From a bacterium (GTDB taxonomy: Bacteria > Electryoneota > Electryoneia > Electryoneales > Electryoneaceae), in NCBI GenBank assembly GCA_963675295.2, contig CAXXKJ010000002.1:2048001-2112000 (forward strand): 64,000 bases of DNA. Reading direction: 5' to 3'. Below are positions 63,298 through 64,000 of this stretch, piece by piece. Position 1 is the stretch's first letter. The number at the start of each line of letters is the position of its first letter. A program made the translations under genes and the position numbers. Under the pieces are notes generated by a model. It was given only the letters and a program-made list of their open reading frames with translations, had not been told where the DNA came from and ran no database searches.

Positions 63298-63969
63298 TCA
63301 CGCGCACAAACACACCGCGTCGATCTGTTTCCATCCAGCCTTACGAGCCGCGCGTGCGAGCTGGCCGATTGTCCGGCCTGTGTGTACCACGTCGTCAACA
63401 AGAACCAGCCGCGCAGATTCCGAGACATCCGCGTCCGGCGGTTTGATCTGGAACACGTCTTTCAGCGTCCGTTTGCGGGCGTCATCGGGTAGAGATGACT
63501 GGTGCGCGGTATGTTTGGTTCGGGCGGCGATGTCCGGACGGCAGGGCAGATCGAGCAGCGCCGCCAGTTCTTTCGCCAGCAGGGCGGAGGGGTTGTAGCC
63601 TCGTTCCCGCCGTCTCGCTGGGTGCGCGGGAACCGGGACGAGGACTGGTTCGAGGAAGATAAAGCCCATTTGCTCGAGACGGTCACGGAACTTTTCAGCA
63701 AGCGGACGTGCGAGGCCGGGCGCCTGCTCGAACTTGAAGCGGTGGATAATCGCACGCAGGGTGTCGTCGTAGGCGAAGCCGACCGCCATCCGGTCAACCG
63801 GTTTCGGCCGTTCCACTGCGGGCGCGGGCAGCAGGCGCCGCCAGCAGGTACCGCACACGCCACCGTCCAGTTCTCCGGCAGACGTCCCGCAGACCAGGCA
63901 TTGCGCGGGCCACAGCAGGTTCGCGACTTCACGTCCCAGCCGCCGGAGGATGGACGAACCGCCGTTCAT
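63298..63969 (-). CDS. comF: ComF family competence protein (PRTase-like)
   Basis: CLVC..CGTC, IHRFKF, PVP.H..R.RERGYN, LVDDVVHTGRT. Confidence 0.88.
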   Translation of the reverse strand: MNGGSSILRRLGREVANLLWPAQCLVCGTSAGELDGGVCGTCWRRLLPAPAVERPKPVDRMAVGFAYDDTLRAIIHRFKFEQAPGLARPLAEKFRDRLEQMGFIFLEPVLVPVPAHPARRRERGYNPSALLAKELAALLDLPCRPDIAARTKHTAHQSSLPDDARKRTLKDVFQIKPPDADVSESARLVLVDDVVHTGRTIGQLARAARKAGWKQIDAVCLCA

Positions 63970-64000
63970 GAAGGCGAGTCGCCGGGATCAATCACCCGTC

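Overview
Chromosomal window (high GC3) from a diderm bacterium. The 16S gene, several proteins with FCB-type C-terminal sorting (T9SS/Por-like) domains and spoVG suggest an FCB-superphylum lineage outside Bacteroidota (inference; the 16S needs classifying). Contents in order: end of an ECF sigma factor and a putative anti-sigma gene; a ~20 kb type IVa pilus locus (pilin, pilT, two minor pilins, two PilX-like paralogs, pilMNOPQ, an SLBB/OPX-like protein, a 1156-aa Ig-repeat lipoprotein, pilB, pilC, pilD); a divergent pair of BNR/CTD paralogs; a secreted EEP nuclease; a triple Myb-like repeat protein; cutA; a repeat-rich intergenic patch; a DHS-like/GtrA operon; tyrS, spoVG, tRNA-Gln, prs, rplY, pth; a Na+-type PPase; a coupled isochorismatase / TrxR-like / RlmN-like radical SAM trio; a P3A-type H+-ATPase; rpsF-rpsR-rplI; a full rRNA operon with tRNA-Ile and tRNA-Ala; two FG-GAP CTD paralogs; a DUF2461-like gene, a NatB-like permease, miaB and comF. 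The best candidates for undescribed biology are the SLBB protein plus Ig lipoprotein embedded in the pilus operon, the radical SAM trio (RlmN-like enzyme lacking the resolving Cys), the three-repeat Myb-like protein and an orphan sigma28-type promoter. All calls come from reading motifs by eye; no searches were run.
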